Assembly (NCBI GenBank): GCA_965228855.1
Contig: CBDDIJ010000003.1
Span: 2,816,001 to 2,880,000 of the forward strand
Source: Candidatus Obscuribacterales bacterium
GTDB lineage: Bacteria; Cyanobacteriota; Vampirovibrionia; Obscuribacterales; Obscuribacteraceae
Direction: 5' to 3'
Length of the DNA stretch: 64,000 bases
This document shows positions 49,355-58,981 of the stretch, in pieces. The notes beneath the pieces were generated by a model that ran no database searches, was not told the origin of the DNA, and saw nothing but the letters and a program-made list of their open reading frames with translations. The translations under genes and the position numbers were made by a program. Within the stretch, counting starts at the first letter, position 1. Every line of letters begins with the position of its first letter.

Positions 49355-50389
49355 TCAACATTTCACGAGCCTCCTCGGCTTCGGATGGAATTCGAACTGT
49401 CCATTCGCCCCGGTTAGATGAGAAAGGATAGCCGCTGTCTTGAGGATACGGTTGGCGACGGAACGCGCTCTCGTATCGGACGAGTGCATTACGGCTCTAA
49501 GTGGTTTGATCGCTTGCACCGCATACGGTACCGAGAACTCGGACGTAAATACCCAGTTGCCGTGTTCAAGATCGCTCTTGACGATATTTCGGTGCATTAA
49601 GCATTCAACCGGATTCACATCGGAGTATCCGTTCACATCACCCTGACCAACCAATAAGTGGCGTCCGGGTGCCAGAGTGAAGCTTCTGTCGCCGGTTTCC
49701 ACCGTGATGCTGCGCTTATGCGTATCGTGAAGGTCATATACAGCAAGCTGTTGCTCTGTGAGGACGAGGAACGCAACTGAGCCGGCACCAATCCTAACTG
49801 TGCCTTTCGGTGTCTCAACTGTAGTGTCACTAGATGGAACAAAAATCCCACGGCCCTGTTCGAAGGTCATTTTGGGACGGCAGGCACGCGATACATATCC
49901 TCCTTCGAATCCACATAGCGAGCCACTCTCACTACAGACGTCCGCATCAGTTTCGACTTGAAGCGGTGTCGCAGGTTTGATAAGCGAATCGTCCCCAGCT
50001 GAGCGATTAGCCATTTGACAATTTAGTTCAGCAGTCGCCAGATTTGTGAACTGATTCGACAGCATTTGATTGCTGTCACTGATGGAATTTGGCAGAGACA
50101 GAAGGTTTAAAGCCTTAACTTCATCAGCCACGCTGGCACGAGGAAGTGATATTGCCTCCTGGAAATTGCCTTTGCTGGACGAAGCAACTTCAGGTGCAGC
50201 AGTTATGACCTCGCTGCTTTCCATAACTGGAGGGTCGGCTGTGATTGTCACGTTGGAGCCGATAACTGCATTTTTCTTGGAAAACGCATTCGAGAATGTC
50301 ACGTCGGCACCCTTAGCTGTAATTGTGATGGGACCGGTCTTTGCCTCCCACTTCTTTTTGCCCCAATACACCACTCGTGGCATCGGCAT
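49355..50389 (-). CDS. Hypothetical protein with FecR-like C-terminal beta domain, possibly 5' truncated
   Basis: G.GIFVP..DTTVETPKGTVRIGAGSVAF..VYDLHD..LAPGRH..FTSEFS..ILKTAAIL; weak start. Confidence 0.6.
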   Translation of the reverse strand: MPMPRVVYWGKKKWEAKTGPITITAKGADVTFSNAFSKKNAVIGSNVTITADPPVMESSEVITAAPEVASSSKGNFQEAISLPRASVADEVKALNLLSLPNSISDSNQMLSNQFTNLATAELNCQMANRSAGDDSLIKPATPLQVETDADVCSESGSLCGFEGGYVSRACRPKMTFEQGRGIFVPSSDTTVETPKGTVRIGAGSVAFLVLTEQQLAVYDLHDTHKRSITVETGDRSFTLAPGRHLLVGQGDVNGYSDVNPVECLMHRNIVKSDLEHGNWVFTSEFSVPYAVQAIKPLRAVMHSSDTRARSVANRILKTAAILSHLTGANGQFEFHPKPRRLVKC

Positions 50390-50940
50390 TTAGGATGGTT
50401 TTTCAATCACCGGCAACTGCTGGAAGCACGTTGAACAGCAAGCGTTTAAAGCAAAACAGACAACCGGGATCCACCACTGGAGAACTCAATCCTGAGGATG
50501 ATTTTTACAAGAATGCAGAAAAAAGTTTGACCATCATGAGTTATTTGGTTTCAGCTCTTCTCCGACCCTCATTCGATTAGCGCTGACCACCACAACAGCA
50601 GTCATCGCCCGCAGCACAAGCGAGCGCCCGATCAACGGCAGTCGGTCAAATGCTGACATGATAGACGTCACGGCTCTAGGAGCGATGCATGGTGCCGCTC
50701 TCAGGGTTTTACCGCGATCAGATGACCCGTGTTCTCTCGCGTTTTACCGCACCGGAGAAGTTTCGAGCGGCGAATTGCGTTACGAATACTCGATGCCGCG
50801 GGAAGTGATGTCGGCGACCAATGAGAAAAGAGCGAATGGGCGATCAACGGATATTTAAACTCGCCAGGGTTCGTGATTTTGGTGAAACGTTTAACGTCTT
50901 CTTCCTACGGGGCAGATAGTCACTGTTTAAATTTTTATGG

Positions 50941-51879
50941 ATGGCAGAACGCTTGAAAAATATTCGAAATACGATCAGCTTCATGCTGGCTGTTGGGGCG
51001 TTGAATGTTTCCGCACTAACGGCTCTGGCGGCTGAGGAGGATGCGGCGACATCTCAAAAAAACTCTGAGGTCTCTTCAGAAAACAAGAATCCGTTGAAGG
51101 CTGAATTCACCGAACAAGCCAGAAACTACGAAAAGTTATTCGCTGACGGCAATGCCGAAGCCCTCGCAGATCTCTGGACCAGCGACGGACAGCTTGAAAC
51201 TAGTTATGGTCAAGTTTGTCGCGGCAAACAGCAATTAAAGGACTATTTCGCTCGGAATTTTGCAAAATTCGGCAAGCAACCCTTGAGGGTCACTATAACT
51301 AGCCTGGAGAGTCCGGCTGCAGGAGTCGTGATGGAGAAGGGCACTACTTCGATTGGCAGTACCTCACCATCCGGCAGGTACACCGCTCTCCACGTCAAAA
51401 AGGACAACGGTTGGAAAATGTCCTGGGTAATGGAATCAGCATTTCAAGACCGCGACATTACCAGTGTAAAAGCACTTGGCTGGCTTTCCGGTAAATGGAA
51501 ATCGGCGCCGTTAAAAGGTGACACCGTCGAAATCACAGCGAAGTGGATCGAGAATGGCAGCTTTTTAGAGTGCACCACTTACGATACCGAGCTGAAGTCT
51601 GAGGTCAAGCAGATAATCGGTTACAGCCCTCTTCTGGGGACGCTTGTCTCCTGGCACTTCGCACCTGGCGGTTTTGGTCAGGGCGAGTGGTCGCGACTAC
51701 CCGACGGATGGAGACAGCAATCTAACGGAGTCTCGCAAAACGGTACAAGAACGAGTGCAACCTACACACTCAAGCAGAGATCAAAAGACAGCTTTACCTG
51801 GCAGTCTACTCATCGATCGATCAACGGTGTCAGTATCCCAGACTCGGCAATTCTGGTACTCAACAGAGTGAGCGAATAA
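50941..51879 (+). CDS. Exported NTF2-like (SgcJ/EcaC, DUF4440) two-domain protein
   Basis: Signal peptide; F.DGNAEALADLWTSDG..GKQQL, GRYTALHVKKDNGWK; second domain LGWLSGKW..QIIGY.P..SWHF..GGFGQGEW. Confidence 0.82.
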   Translation: MAERLKNIRNTISFMLAVGALNVSALTALAAEEDAATSQKNSEVSSENKNPLKAEFTEQARNYEKLFADGNAEALADLWTSDGQLETSYGQVCRGKQQLKDYFARNFAKFGKQPLRVTITSLESPAAGVVMEKGTTSIGSTSPSGRYTALHVKKDNGWKMSWVMESAFQDRDITSVKALGWLSGKWKSAPLKGDTVEITAKWIENGSFLECTTYDTELKSEVKQIIGYSPLLGTLVSWHFAPGGFGQGEWSRLPDGWRQQSNGVSQNGTRTSATYTLKQRSKDSFTWQSTHRSINGVSIPDSAILVLNRVSE

Positions 51880-51891
51880 AAGAGGCTTTTC

Positions 51892-53028
51892 ATGAAACAT
51901 TTTACTGGTGTTAAGGTGGTAGCATCGATATTGGCGTTCTCATTGACGCTAATCCAGGTCTCCATCGCTCCTTTTCCAGCTGATGCGCGTGGCGGTGGCC
52001 GCGGTTTTGGCGGTGCAGGATTTGGCGGACGTGGTGATTTCGGCGAACGAGGATTTGATGGCGGTAATCGCGGGGAGTGGTCAGGCGACGGCGGTTTTCG
52101 AGATGGAGGCTCTCGTGACGGCATGGCAGGCCGCGACGCGGGCTTCGATGACAGGCCCAGAGCCTCGGACGACGAGCTAAGAGCTGGCGCCAATCAAGAC
52201 TATCATTGGTCCAACCTCCCCACGGACGGCGGAATGGCACGAGCTGCTGGCTTTGATGCTCCTCGTGTTACGAGCAATGTTTCTACCGCCAGTCTGGCAG
52301 CGCGAGGCGCAGCGGTGCGAAATAATTTTCACCGAGATGATCTTTTTACTCGTGATTTCTGGAACCGATACGACCGAGCCTGGTGGTATCCCGGATGGGG
52401 CGAATATTGGCCCTGGGGATATACCGGCTGGGGAGACCTGTGCTCGTTCTGGGGCTATCCTGAGTCGGCCGAGCCCGTGGAGTACGACTATGGAAACAAC
52501 ATTACATACCAGGACAATCAAGTTTATTACGGAAATCAGCCTTACATGTCCGAAAATGAATATTACACGCAGGCGCAGACTCTAGCGCTTTCAGCACCGC
52601 CATCAGTACCGCCCGCGACATCAAGCACCAAAAGCAGTACTAAAAGCAACACGAAACCCGGTACCAAAGCCGGTGCGTCTTCGAAAACAACCGAGAAAGA
52701 ATCTGATTGGAAGCCACTCGGAGTGTTTGCATTAACACAGGGAGATCAAACGGATTCAAACTCAATTTTCCAGCTCGCCGTCAACAAGAAGGGTATCATT
52801 CGCGGCAACTACTTCAATCCGCTGACGCAGGAAGAACAGCCCGTGCAGGGGAAAATCGATCAAAAGAGTAAACGAGTAGCTTGGACGGTCGGAAGCAACA
52901 AGACCGTTGTATACGATACCGGCTTAGCTAATCTTCTCGCGAAGCAAAGCTCATTACTCATTCACCTGAGCGGTTCTAAAACACAACAGTGGAATATCAT
53001 CAGATTGCAGCATGGTGCTAGCACCTGA
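51892..53028 (+). CDS. Exported Gly/Arg-rich protein of the Planctomycete protocadherin-annotated family
   Basis: ADARGGGRG N-terminus, Trp-rich segment, YDYGNNITY, EYY.QAQ.LA, W.PLGVFAL, FQLAVNK.G.IRGNY, RVAWTVG. Confidence 0.8.
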   Translation: MKHFTGVKVVASILAFSLTLIQVSIAPFPADARGGGRGFGGAGFGGRGDFGERGFDGGNRGEWSGDGGFRDGGSRDGMAGRDAGFDDRPRASDDELRAGANQDYHWSNLPTDGGMARAAGFDAPRVTSNVSTASLAARGAAVRNNFHRDDLFTRDFWNRYDRAWWYPGWGEYWPWGYTGWGDLCSFWGYPESAEPVEYDYGNNITYQDNQVYYGNQPYMSENEYYTQAQTLALSAPPSVPPATSSTKSSTKSNTKPGTKAGASSKTTEKESDWKPLGVFALTQGDQTDSNSIFQLAVNKKGIIRGNYFNPLTQEEQPVQGKIDQKSKRVAWTVGSNKTVVYDTGLANLLAKQSSLLIHLSGSKTQQWNIIRLQHGAST

Positions 53029-53099
53029 TGCCATGACCGGAGAAACGAATAGAGTATCGTATAATAGAAAATCACGCATGACCGCAAAAGGTTTTATCA

Positions 53100-53891
53100 G
53101 GGTGACGTGAGTTTCGTTTCGTTTCGCATGGCGTATAATGCGAAATCGTTTCCACCTCTCTGGAGATATGAAGTATGCGCGAGGTTCAAGTCGCTAAACT
53201 CGAGTCCGTTCATGGCACGCAACAGTCGCCCATTAACATCACGGCGCGCGAGGCGTTCTCTGTTGCAGACCAAATTTCAGGAACCGGCTACGACCAGAAC
53301 TCATTCAAAGGACACGTAGTTGAGAACGCCGAGCACCACTACTTCGAGCTGTCCGAACGCGATAACAAGAAATTGCCATCAGTTGAATTTCGCTCGACGC
53401 GCGCTGTCTTGAAGAGCATCCACTTCCACGCGCCCAGTGAGCACCAACTCGAAGGCAACGAATACGACGCGGAATTTCACTTCGTGCACGACATCGTTTC
53501 GAAAGAGGTCACGGGAAACGCACACGTCCAGGAGCCGTCAACGAAACTGGTAATCGGCGTCTTCGCCAACGCGGTCAAGAGCGCGGAAGAAATCGCATCA
53601 TTCTGCAACTCGCTCAAAGTGCTCAAAGAAACCGGCAAACCATGCCCGAAGGAATGCGAGTTTCCCGCAAAAATTCTCAACGACATTCCATCAAAATTTG
53701 GAAGCTTCTTCCATTATCGTGGCTCACTCACGAGCGGCGAGCATCTCGAAATTGTTTCCTGGATCGTTTTGAAAGAGGCGATCGGAGTTTCGTCAGATCT
53801 CTTGGAAGAAATTGAGTCGCTCGACCAACCAACGCGCGAACTGCAATTATTGAATCGCAGAATCCTTTTAGTCAGCGGGACGTAGACCTAA
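53100..53891 (+). repeat. Direct repeat A, copy 2
   Basis: Matches 45964-46750. Confidence 0.95.
53175..53885 (+). CDS. Alpha-class carbonic anhydrase-like protein, copy 2
   Basis: Same protein as copy 1 except ERNNK versus ERDNK. Confidence 0.88.
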   Translation: MREVQVAKLESVHGTQQSPINITAREAFSVADQISGTGYDQNSFKGHVVENAEHHYFELSERDNKKLPSVEFRSTRAVLKSIHFHAPSEHQLEGNEYDAEFHFVHDIVSKEVTGNAHVQEPSTKLVIGVFANAVKSAEEIASFCNSLKVLKETGKPCPKECEFPAKILNDIPSKFGSFFHYRGSLTSGEHLEIVSWIVLKEAIGVSSDLLEEIESLDQPTRELQLLNRRILLVSGT

Positions 53892-53892
53892 T

Positions 53893-54681
53893 ATGGACGA
53901 CTTTAAGAAAAAAAACGAAACCAAATTGACGCCACAAGTCGGTGAAGTGCAGGACCTGAGCAATGGGACATCATCGCAGATAAGCTCTATCGAGTCAACG
54001 GACTCGCAGAGTTCAATTAACGATGAGTTTGAGCAACGCATCCCGCACTCTCGCCCGAATAGTGCCACGACCGCCGGCACCACAGTAATGGCGGTGCTTT
54101 GGCTTGTATTGTTTGCGGCTTTGATAGGCTGGGTCTCCAATTATTTGATGACAAAAAGAAGCGCAGAATTTAATTCACCTGGCGCTCTTAATCAGATGTC
54201 GGCTCTAAGAAATTCAGCTGACAAGGCTGTGCTGGTCAAAATAAAGGGACAGGCTTCAAAATCCATATCAACTCCGAGTGATGAAAAAATTGTTTTTCAA
54301 TTTTTGAGAGCGACCGGACTAACAAAGTATTCGGGTATGGCTGAAGAACGCTTTCCACAGTATTTTTCCGTTGATACCGATCAAGGTTCAATTTTGATCA
54401 ATAGCTCACAACTTGCTGAATTCGTCGAGCCGAAAAATCCATCCGATCCGGCAGAAATTATCGATCAATTGCGTACTCCCAAAGTTTTGAAAATGTTATC
54501 CGAAGGTCATAGACTCAAACTCTGGACCATTCATGAGGGAGACGAAGTGACTGCCGAAGGACAAGTCGTTTGGGACGACAAGCAAAAAAGTTTTGTACTG
54601 AATGCGCCATCATTAATGGTGGCACCACTCAGCGCCGGACTGATTAAACTTCGCGTTAAAAACGGCCCGGAAACGTTTTAA
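53893..54681 (+). CDS. Single-pass membrane hypothetical protein, probably co-transcribed with the carbonic anhydrase
   Basis: Starts 7 nt after the CA stop; TM segment VMAVLWLVLFAALIGWV. Confidence 0.75.
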   Translation: MDDFKKKNETKLTPQVGEVQDLSNGTSSQISSIESTDSQSSINDEFEQRIPHSRPNSATTAGTTVMAVLWLVLFAALIGWVSNYLMTKRSAEFNSPGALNQMSALRNSADKAVLVKIKGQASKSISTPSDEKIVFQFLRATGLTKYSGMAEERFPQYFSVDTDQGSILINSSQLAEFVEPKNPSDPAEIIDQLRTPKVLKMLSEGHRLKLWTIHEGDEVTAEGQVVWDDKQKSFVLNAPSLMVAPLSAGLIKLRVKNGPETF

Positions 54682-54883
54682 CTGGACTAACCGTCCTGCT
54701 GAGCGTTTGCTTCTGATGAAGACAGTCGATCGCATTGCTAAATGCAACACAGATGGTAGTTGGATTCACAAATGAGGAACCATATCTATAATTATCAATT
54801 TCAATAAATTGAATGGAAATGGGCAATCAGGATGAGTCAACGCCTGCGAAGAGGTCTTAGGAACTTGAACTTACGCTTTCATT

Positions 54884-55153
54884 TCATAACAAGACTTTGA
54901 ACAGCGGATAGATTGTGATTCGAAACAATCCGGTCGCCGCCAAACAGAGCACTGCTGGGATCCAAATTACGGCGCCATCAATCTCGTTCCAAACCAGACC
55001 GCCAATAATGGAAACTGCTATTAGGATTATCGCCGGTAGCAACGGACGATTTCGGCATACCCGCTGAAAAAGTCGACACCAAACGAGAAAGCCCAGGACG
55101 GTTGACGCGACGAGAAAGGGCCCAACTAACAGCATTAAGGTAATCGGATGCAT
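54884..55153 (-). CDS. Small membrane protein (about 3 TM)
   Basis: AGGGGG RBS; hydrophobic 89 aa. Confidence 0.6.
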   Translation of the reverse strand: MHPITLMLLVGPFLVASTVLGFLVWCRLFQRVCRNRPLLPAIILIAVSIIGGLVWNEIDGAVIWIPAVLCLAATGLFRITIYPLFKVLL

Positions 55154-55243
55154 TTAGTCCCCCCTAAATTCATCTTACCGCGGATCGAATAGTATGAGGC
55201 AAGGTCTTAAGGTGTAAGCTCATAGAAGAACAGCGAGGATTTT

Positions 55244-55345
55244 ATGAGCAGAAACGACGAAACTTCAATTCCGCGTTTAAGGCAAAAGTAGAGCTGGATG
55301 AGCTTCGGGACGAGCAGACAAAGGCGGAACTAGGGAAGCTAAGTT
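55244..55345 (+). mobile_element. IS3-family OrfA remnant
   Basis: GAGGA RBS, ATG AGC AGA, then after a 1-nt shift RRNFNSAFKAKVELDELRDEQTKAEL, like IS3 OrfA R..FS..FKAKVALEA..GE.T.AELA. Confidence 0.7.
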
Positions 55346-55434
55346 CTATCTGCAAATCGCGCAACTGAATTTTAGAGTCTGGTCGCGGAACGCGAGAGCC
55401 AACGAGCTCTGCGCTGACTTGGAATCCCGGTCAT

Positions 55435-55735
55435 TTACGAGTCGAACAGCGGTATATTTTCAATATCCATCTTTGAGTGGAGCACCCGCACTATGAAGAC
55501 ACCACTGGCGGTACTAATATAAAGGATTACATAGTTCCCTTGCGTAATGCTTCTTAGCCCTGGTGTAAGCTCGTCGCGCTTGCGACCTACATGTGGCATA
55601 TCAACCAGTGGCAGGTTGGGAGAATCTCAATGAGTCAATCACACGCTCGGCAGCGACTTCATTGTCTTCGGAAATGAAATCATGGATTTGCTGCAAGTCC
55701 TTACGAGCCGTGTTGGCAAACTTTAGCCGGCTCAC
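55435..55735 (-). pseudogene. parE: ParE/RelE-family toxin, frameshifted
   Basis: GTG overlaps the parD stop. MSRLKFANTARKDLQQIHDFISEDNEVAAERVID, then shifted frame LVDMPHVGRKRDELTPGLRS..NYVILY..IVRVLHSKMDI; 301 nt, not a multiple of 3. Confidence 0.85.
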
Positions 55736-56007
55736 TTCTTCTTCGCTTTCGCCTTTTGTGCTTTCAGATTGCGCTCACGCAATTCTTGAAAAACCTCATC
55801 ACCATCAACGATTTCGCCACGCTCGATTTCATCCATTCCTATCTGCACCTCACGCTTTAACTCGCGCATTCTTATCTGCCTTATCTCATCCTGTTCCTTC
55901 AAGAGTCGGAGACCTGCACGAATTACTTCGCTGGCGGAGTTGTACATACCGCTTTTGACTTTTTCCTCAATGAGTTGTTCTAATTCTGGTGATAAGGAGA
56001 CATTCAT
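55732..56007 (-). CDS. parD: ParD-family RHH antitoxin
   Basis: MNVSLSPELEQLIEEKVKSGMYNSASEVIRAGLRLL..LKREVQIG. Confidence 0.92.
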   Translation of the reverse strand: MNVSLSPELEQLIEEKVKSGMYNSASEVIRAGLRLLKEQDEIRQIRMRELKREVQIGMDEIERGEIVDGDEVFQELRERNLKAQKAKAKKK

Positions 56008-56039
56008 CGATTTACCGCCCCTCGACTGTAAGTAAGCAC

Positions 56040-56070
56040 ATTATAACAAAAATAGCACATTTTTTGTTAT
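56040..56070 (-). promoter_or_regulatory. parDE promoter: extended -10 overlapped by a 10-bp inverted repeat
   Basis: ATAACAAAAA-N8-TTTTTGTTAT (56043-56070); minus-strand TGTTATAAT. Confidence 0.7.
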
Positions 56071-56260
56071 TGCCGTAACAAGGGTCAACCACAGCGTACA
56101 TGACAGAAGGAGGCACACCTCCCTCTGGACATCGAACGCCTGCGAGCACAAAATTCCGCGAGCTTATCACTATGGGTTAAAAACTTGATTACGGAGCGAT
56201 TCCAATACTTGATCGGCGAGTCGTATTGAAGTCCAGTCACTTCAGAGCACACCTGCGGTG

Positions 56261-57784
56261 TCAATGGGTGGTGGCACCACCAATGGTTCCACCGTCAGGT
56301 TGAAACCGAGTCAAAGGTCGCAACCTACTCTCCGGACCACGCGGGATCGCATTCAAGCGATCGGCAAGATACGGGTCGTCAGGCGAGATTCCGTATCCAT
56401 CGACGTAAATGCGTCTGGTCATATAAGCGATCTCATCGCCTGTAACCGTTCGATTTCCAAATGGTTCAAACAGCATCGCTCCCGGGATCGCACCTTCGCC
56501 AGGTATCTCCCGTTGCGGAATATAATTGGGCGCGTTATCCGGCTGGAATAGCGGAATGTCGTACGGATCAATAGCTTCCTGAGCGCCATTTCTTGAGTAA
56601 AAATCGCGCCGCCGTGCCGGTTGACTGCCGGGCAACTCTCCCAAGGTAGATTCGATTTCAGTGACGATGCCCGACGATTGAGGGTTATTCGCGCGAACTT
56701 CTTGGAACGCTTTTCGCATATGCAAACCACCGATGCCGATGCTCTGCGCCGATCGTGTCGTTGCGAGATAAGCGTTTAAAAAGAAATCGGGCTTATCGTG
56801 ACCTGCCCCGGCATAACGCTCGACGATATTCCAGCTCAGCATGCGACCATTTGGCGCCACGGTGCCGTATAGCTGCAGGGTTCCCTTGTGCAACAAATCC
56901 TGCAACTCAGCGATGGATTGCTGCTCTTCAATCGGAAACTCCGACTTGTAAGAGGGTATCCACTTCTCATTGCTCGGTGATTGCAATTCAGTTTTCAATT
57001 GAGACGCTTGTTCCGGAGTTATCTTTGCTGGTTTGACAAAACGTTGATGCAGCGGCGTCGCGATGTTGAACATGCCGTTGAACAGTCCCAGACTGAGCGC
57101 TTGTTCACCCATCTCCTGTACATTGGCGAGGCGACCATCTTGACCGATCGTATCGATATTTGCATTCACCGCCCCTGCCACCACTCCGCTCACAGCACCC
57201 GTAGCAAAATTGGCAGGCAATTCCTTAGAGATAAAAGCAGTCAAACTCTCGGATGCACCAAGACCGCTTCGCATAAGAGCTTCGCGCCCTAATATGTTGC
57301 CGCCGTTGAGAATCGTGCCTGTCGCAAAACCCTTCGCGACGTGTCGCATTTTCGCATTCCAAAAGTCACCCTCCCCCTCGTGGATCGGAACAAATGCACC
57401 TTCAAAAAGCGCCCCTGTACCGCCACCTTGAACGACAGCCACCTTAAACAACTCAGCGCCAGTGCGGGTTCCGAGCATCTCAGCTGTCTTTTCCACAGCT
57501 ACAGGATTACTCATCGTCATTCCAACGGCTCTATACAATGCATAGGCAGTCAAGGCGCTTCCGCCCAAGCTTCCGACACTGAATGCGATGCTCGTGTTGG
57601 AGTCGTCGACGAGGTGCATCTCCGGCAGTGAGACGGAACCTCCCGATGCGTGATTCGCCAACTGAGTCAATCCGTTTAACGGACTTTGAATGGCACCATA
57701 TACGAAACCACTCCCGACATCTATCGCGTGGTCAACAAGTGTTTTATTAGAGGCTGATTCGTCCTGGACGATAAAGTCTGACAT
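56261..57784 (-). CDS. Gly-rich hydrophobic N-terminal domain fused to a C-terminal GNAT-like acetyltransferase
   Basis: Several Gly/Ala-rich hydrophobic helices; Y..EFP.EEQQ, YLATT..AQSIGIGG (motif A), EIE..ARRRDFYSRNG. Confidence 0.72.
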   Translation of the reverse strand: MSDFIVQDESASNKTLVDHAIDVGSGFVYGAIQSPLNGLTQLANHASGGSVSLPEMHLVDDSNTSIAFSVGSLGGSALTAYALYRAVGMTMSNPVAVEKTAEMLGTRTGAELFKVAVVQGGGTGALFEGAFVPIHEGEGDFWNAKMRHVAKGFATGTILNGGNILGREALMRSGLGASESLTAFISKELPANFATGAVSGVVAGAVNANIDTIGQDGRLANVQEMGEQALSLGLFNGMFNIATPLHQRFVKPAKITPEQASQLKTELQSPSNEKWIPSYKSEFPIEEQQSIAELQDLLHKGTLQLYGTVAPNGRMLSWNIVERYAGAGHDKPDFFLNAYLATTRSAQSIGIGGLHMRKAFQEVRANNPQSSGIVTEIESTLGELPGSQPARRRDFYSRNGAQEAIDPYDIPLFQPDNAPNYIPQREIPGEGAIPGAMLFEPFGNRTVTGDEIAYMTRRIYVDGYGISPDDPYLADRLNAIPRGPESRLRPLTRFQPDGGTIGGATTH

Positions 57785-57976
57785 ATTGAATGATTTCTCA
57801 GAGGCGTAGTGGTACTGCAGTTTTTGGTGCAGCAGGTATGGTTGCAAACTGAGCAAATGCTAACCAGCAAATATGACAATTTTGAACCAATGCGATTTTT
57901 TCGAGAGGTTCGATTCGTGTTTGCTCCGCAAAATCTAAAACGGTTTCGAGCAGTACTCAGGGTAACAATCTCTGCC

Positions 57977-58879
57977 TCATTCTAGGTTAAGCGCACCCAC
58001 ACATGGCTGAGCCTCAGTCACGAAAATCGCCAATCCTCGATCATCACTATCCGTCAAAAGCCACGGATGACTCTCGTAAGTCTCCTGCTCAAATATTCCA
58101 GACGGCTCGATCGTGCCCTTGAGTTGCCGCTCACCGTCGTAATCTATCCAATAGACCTTCACCATCATATTGGTCTCGTTCTTAATTTCGATAGGCACAG
58201 GCACGTTCCAGCGTATTGATTTGATTTTGCCTTCTTTACTTGCCGACAAGCTTTTCAGATGTTTCCACTTACTAGTGTCTGCACTGCGGTGATGGTTTTC
58301 CTGCTCGTCCTCTTCACCATCTTCGAAGTTAAGATTAACTCCATTCTTCGCGTTACTCACATTGCGACAGCACGGACAGTCCGTCGTCGGCACACTACGG
58401 TCCACGACCTCAAAAGAAACATCATCTAGCCAAAGATGTCCCTCGCCACCGAGCATGATACCAAACGCGAGATTCGTACTCGCTTTCGGAACATCTAAAA
58501 CCGTTTCGTACCGGGTCCAGTCGGTGGTGCCGACAATTTGTCGCCTGCAAAAATTATCGAACGACAATGTCTCGTCCTTCTTCGCACCATCGACGCGCAT
58601 CCACGGAGCGACCCAACCGGAAACGTTCTCGGTTTTCACCCAAAGCGACATTCGCAAGCGTTGCTCAAGGTAGTCGACTGGACTCATTTGTTGCATGAGC
58701 GTTCCCCACTCATTTTTGTCCTTCAGACTTTCGTTGTGAAACATGTGCGCGCATCGCGTTCCGCTGTGGGCGGTCGACGTGTCAATTTCCGCGTCGAACG
58801 AAGCGGGGTTTGCGCCGGACATAATCCAACCTTTCGGCAATTTTGGTTTACTCGATTTGGATGTTTTGCGTTGAGCCAT
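57977..58879 (-). CDS. CBM-like domain fused to a VHL beta domain
   Basis: N-terminal domain paralogous to 44628-45710; C-terminal IEIKNET..VKVYWIDYDG....GTIEP....QETYESHPWL; GGAGGAG RBS. Confidence 0.8.
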   Translation of the reverse strand: MAQRKTSKSSKPKLPKGWIMSGANPASFDAEIDTSTAHSGTRCAHMFHNESLKDKNEWGTLMQQMSPVDYLEQRLRMSLWVKTENVSGWVAPWMRVDGAKKDETLSFDNFCRRQIVGTTDWTRYETVLDVPKASTNLAFGIMLGGEGHLWLDDVSFEVVDRSVPTTDCPCCRNVSNAKNGVNLNFEDGEEDEQENHHRSADTSKWKHLKSLSASKEGKIKSIRWNVPVPIEIKNETNMMVKVYWIDYDGERQLKGTIEPSGIFEQETYESHPWLLTDSDDRGLAIFVTEAQPCVGALNLE

Positions 58880-58981
58880 CACTCCTCCAAGAAAGTGCAG
58901 TTTGACCGAAACGAATATTCTAAGCCTGGCGATTGGGTCAAGGACTCAAGAAAGTCAGCCAGCATTTGGGTTCTCAATTGC

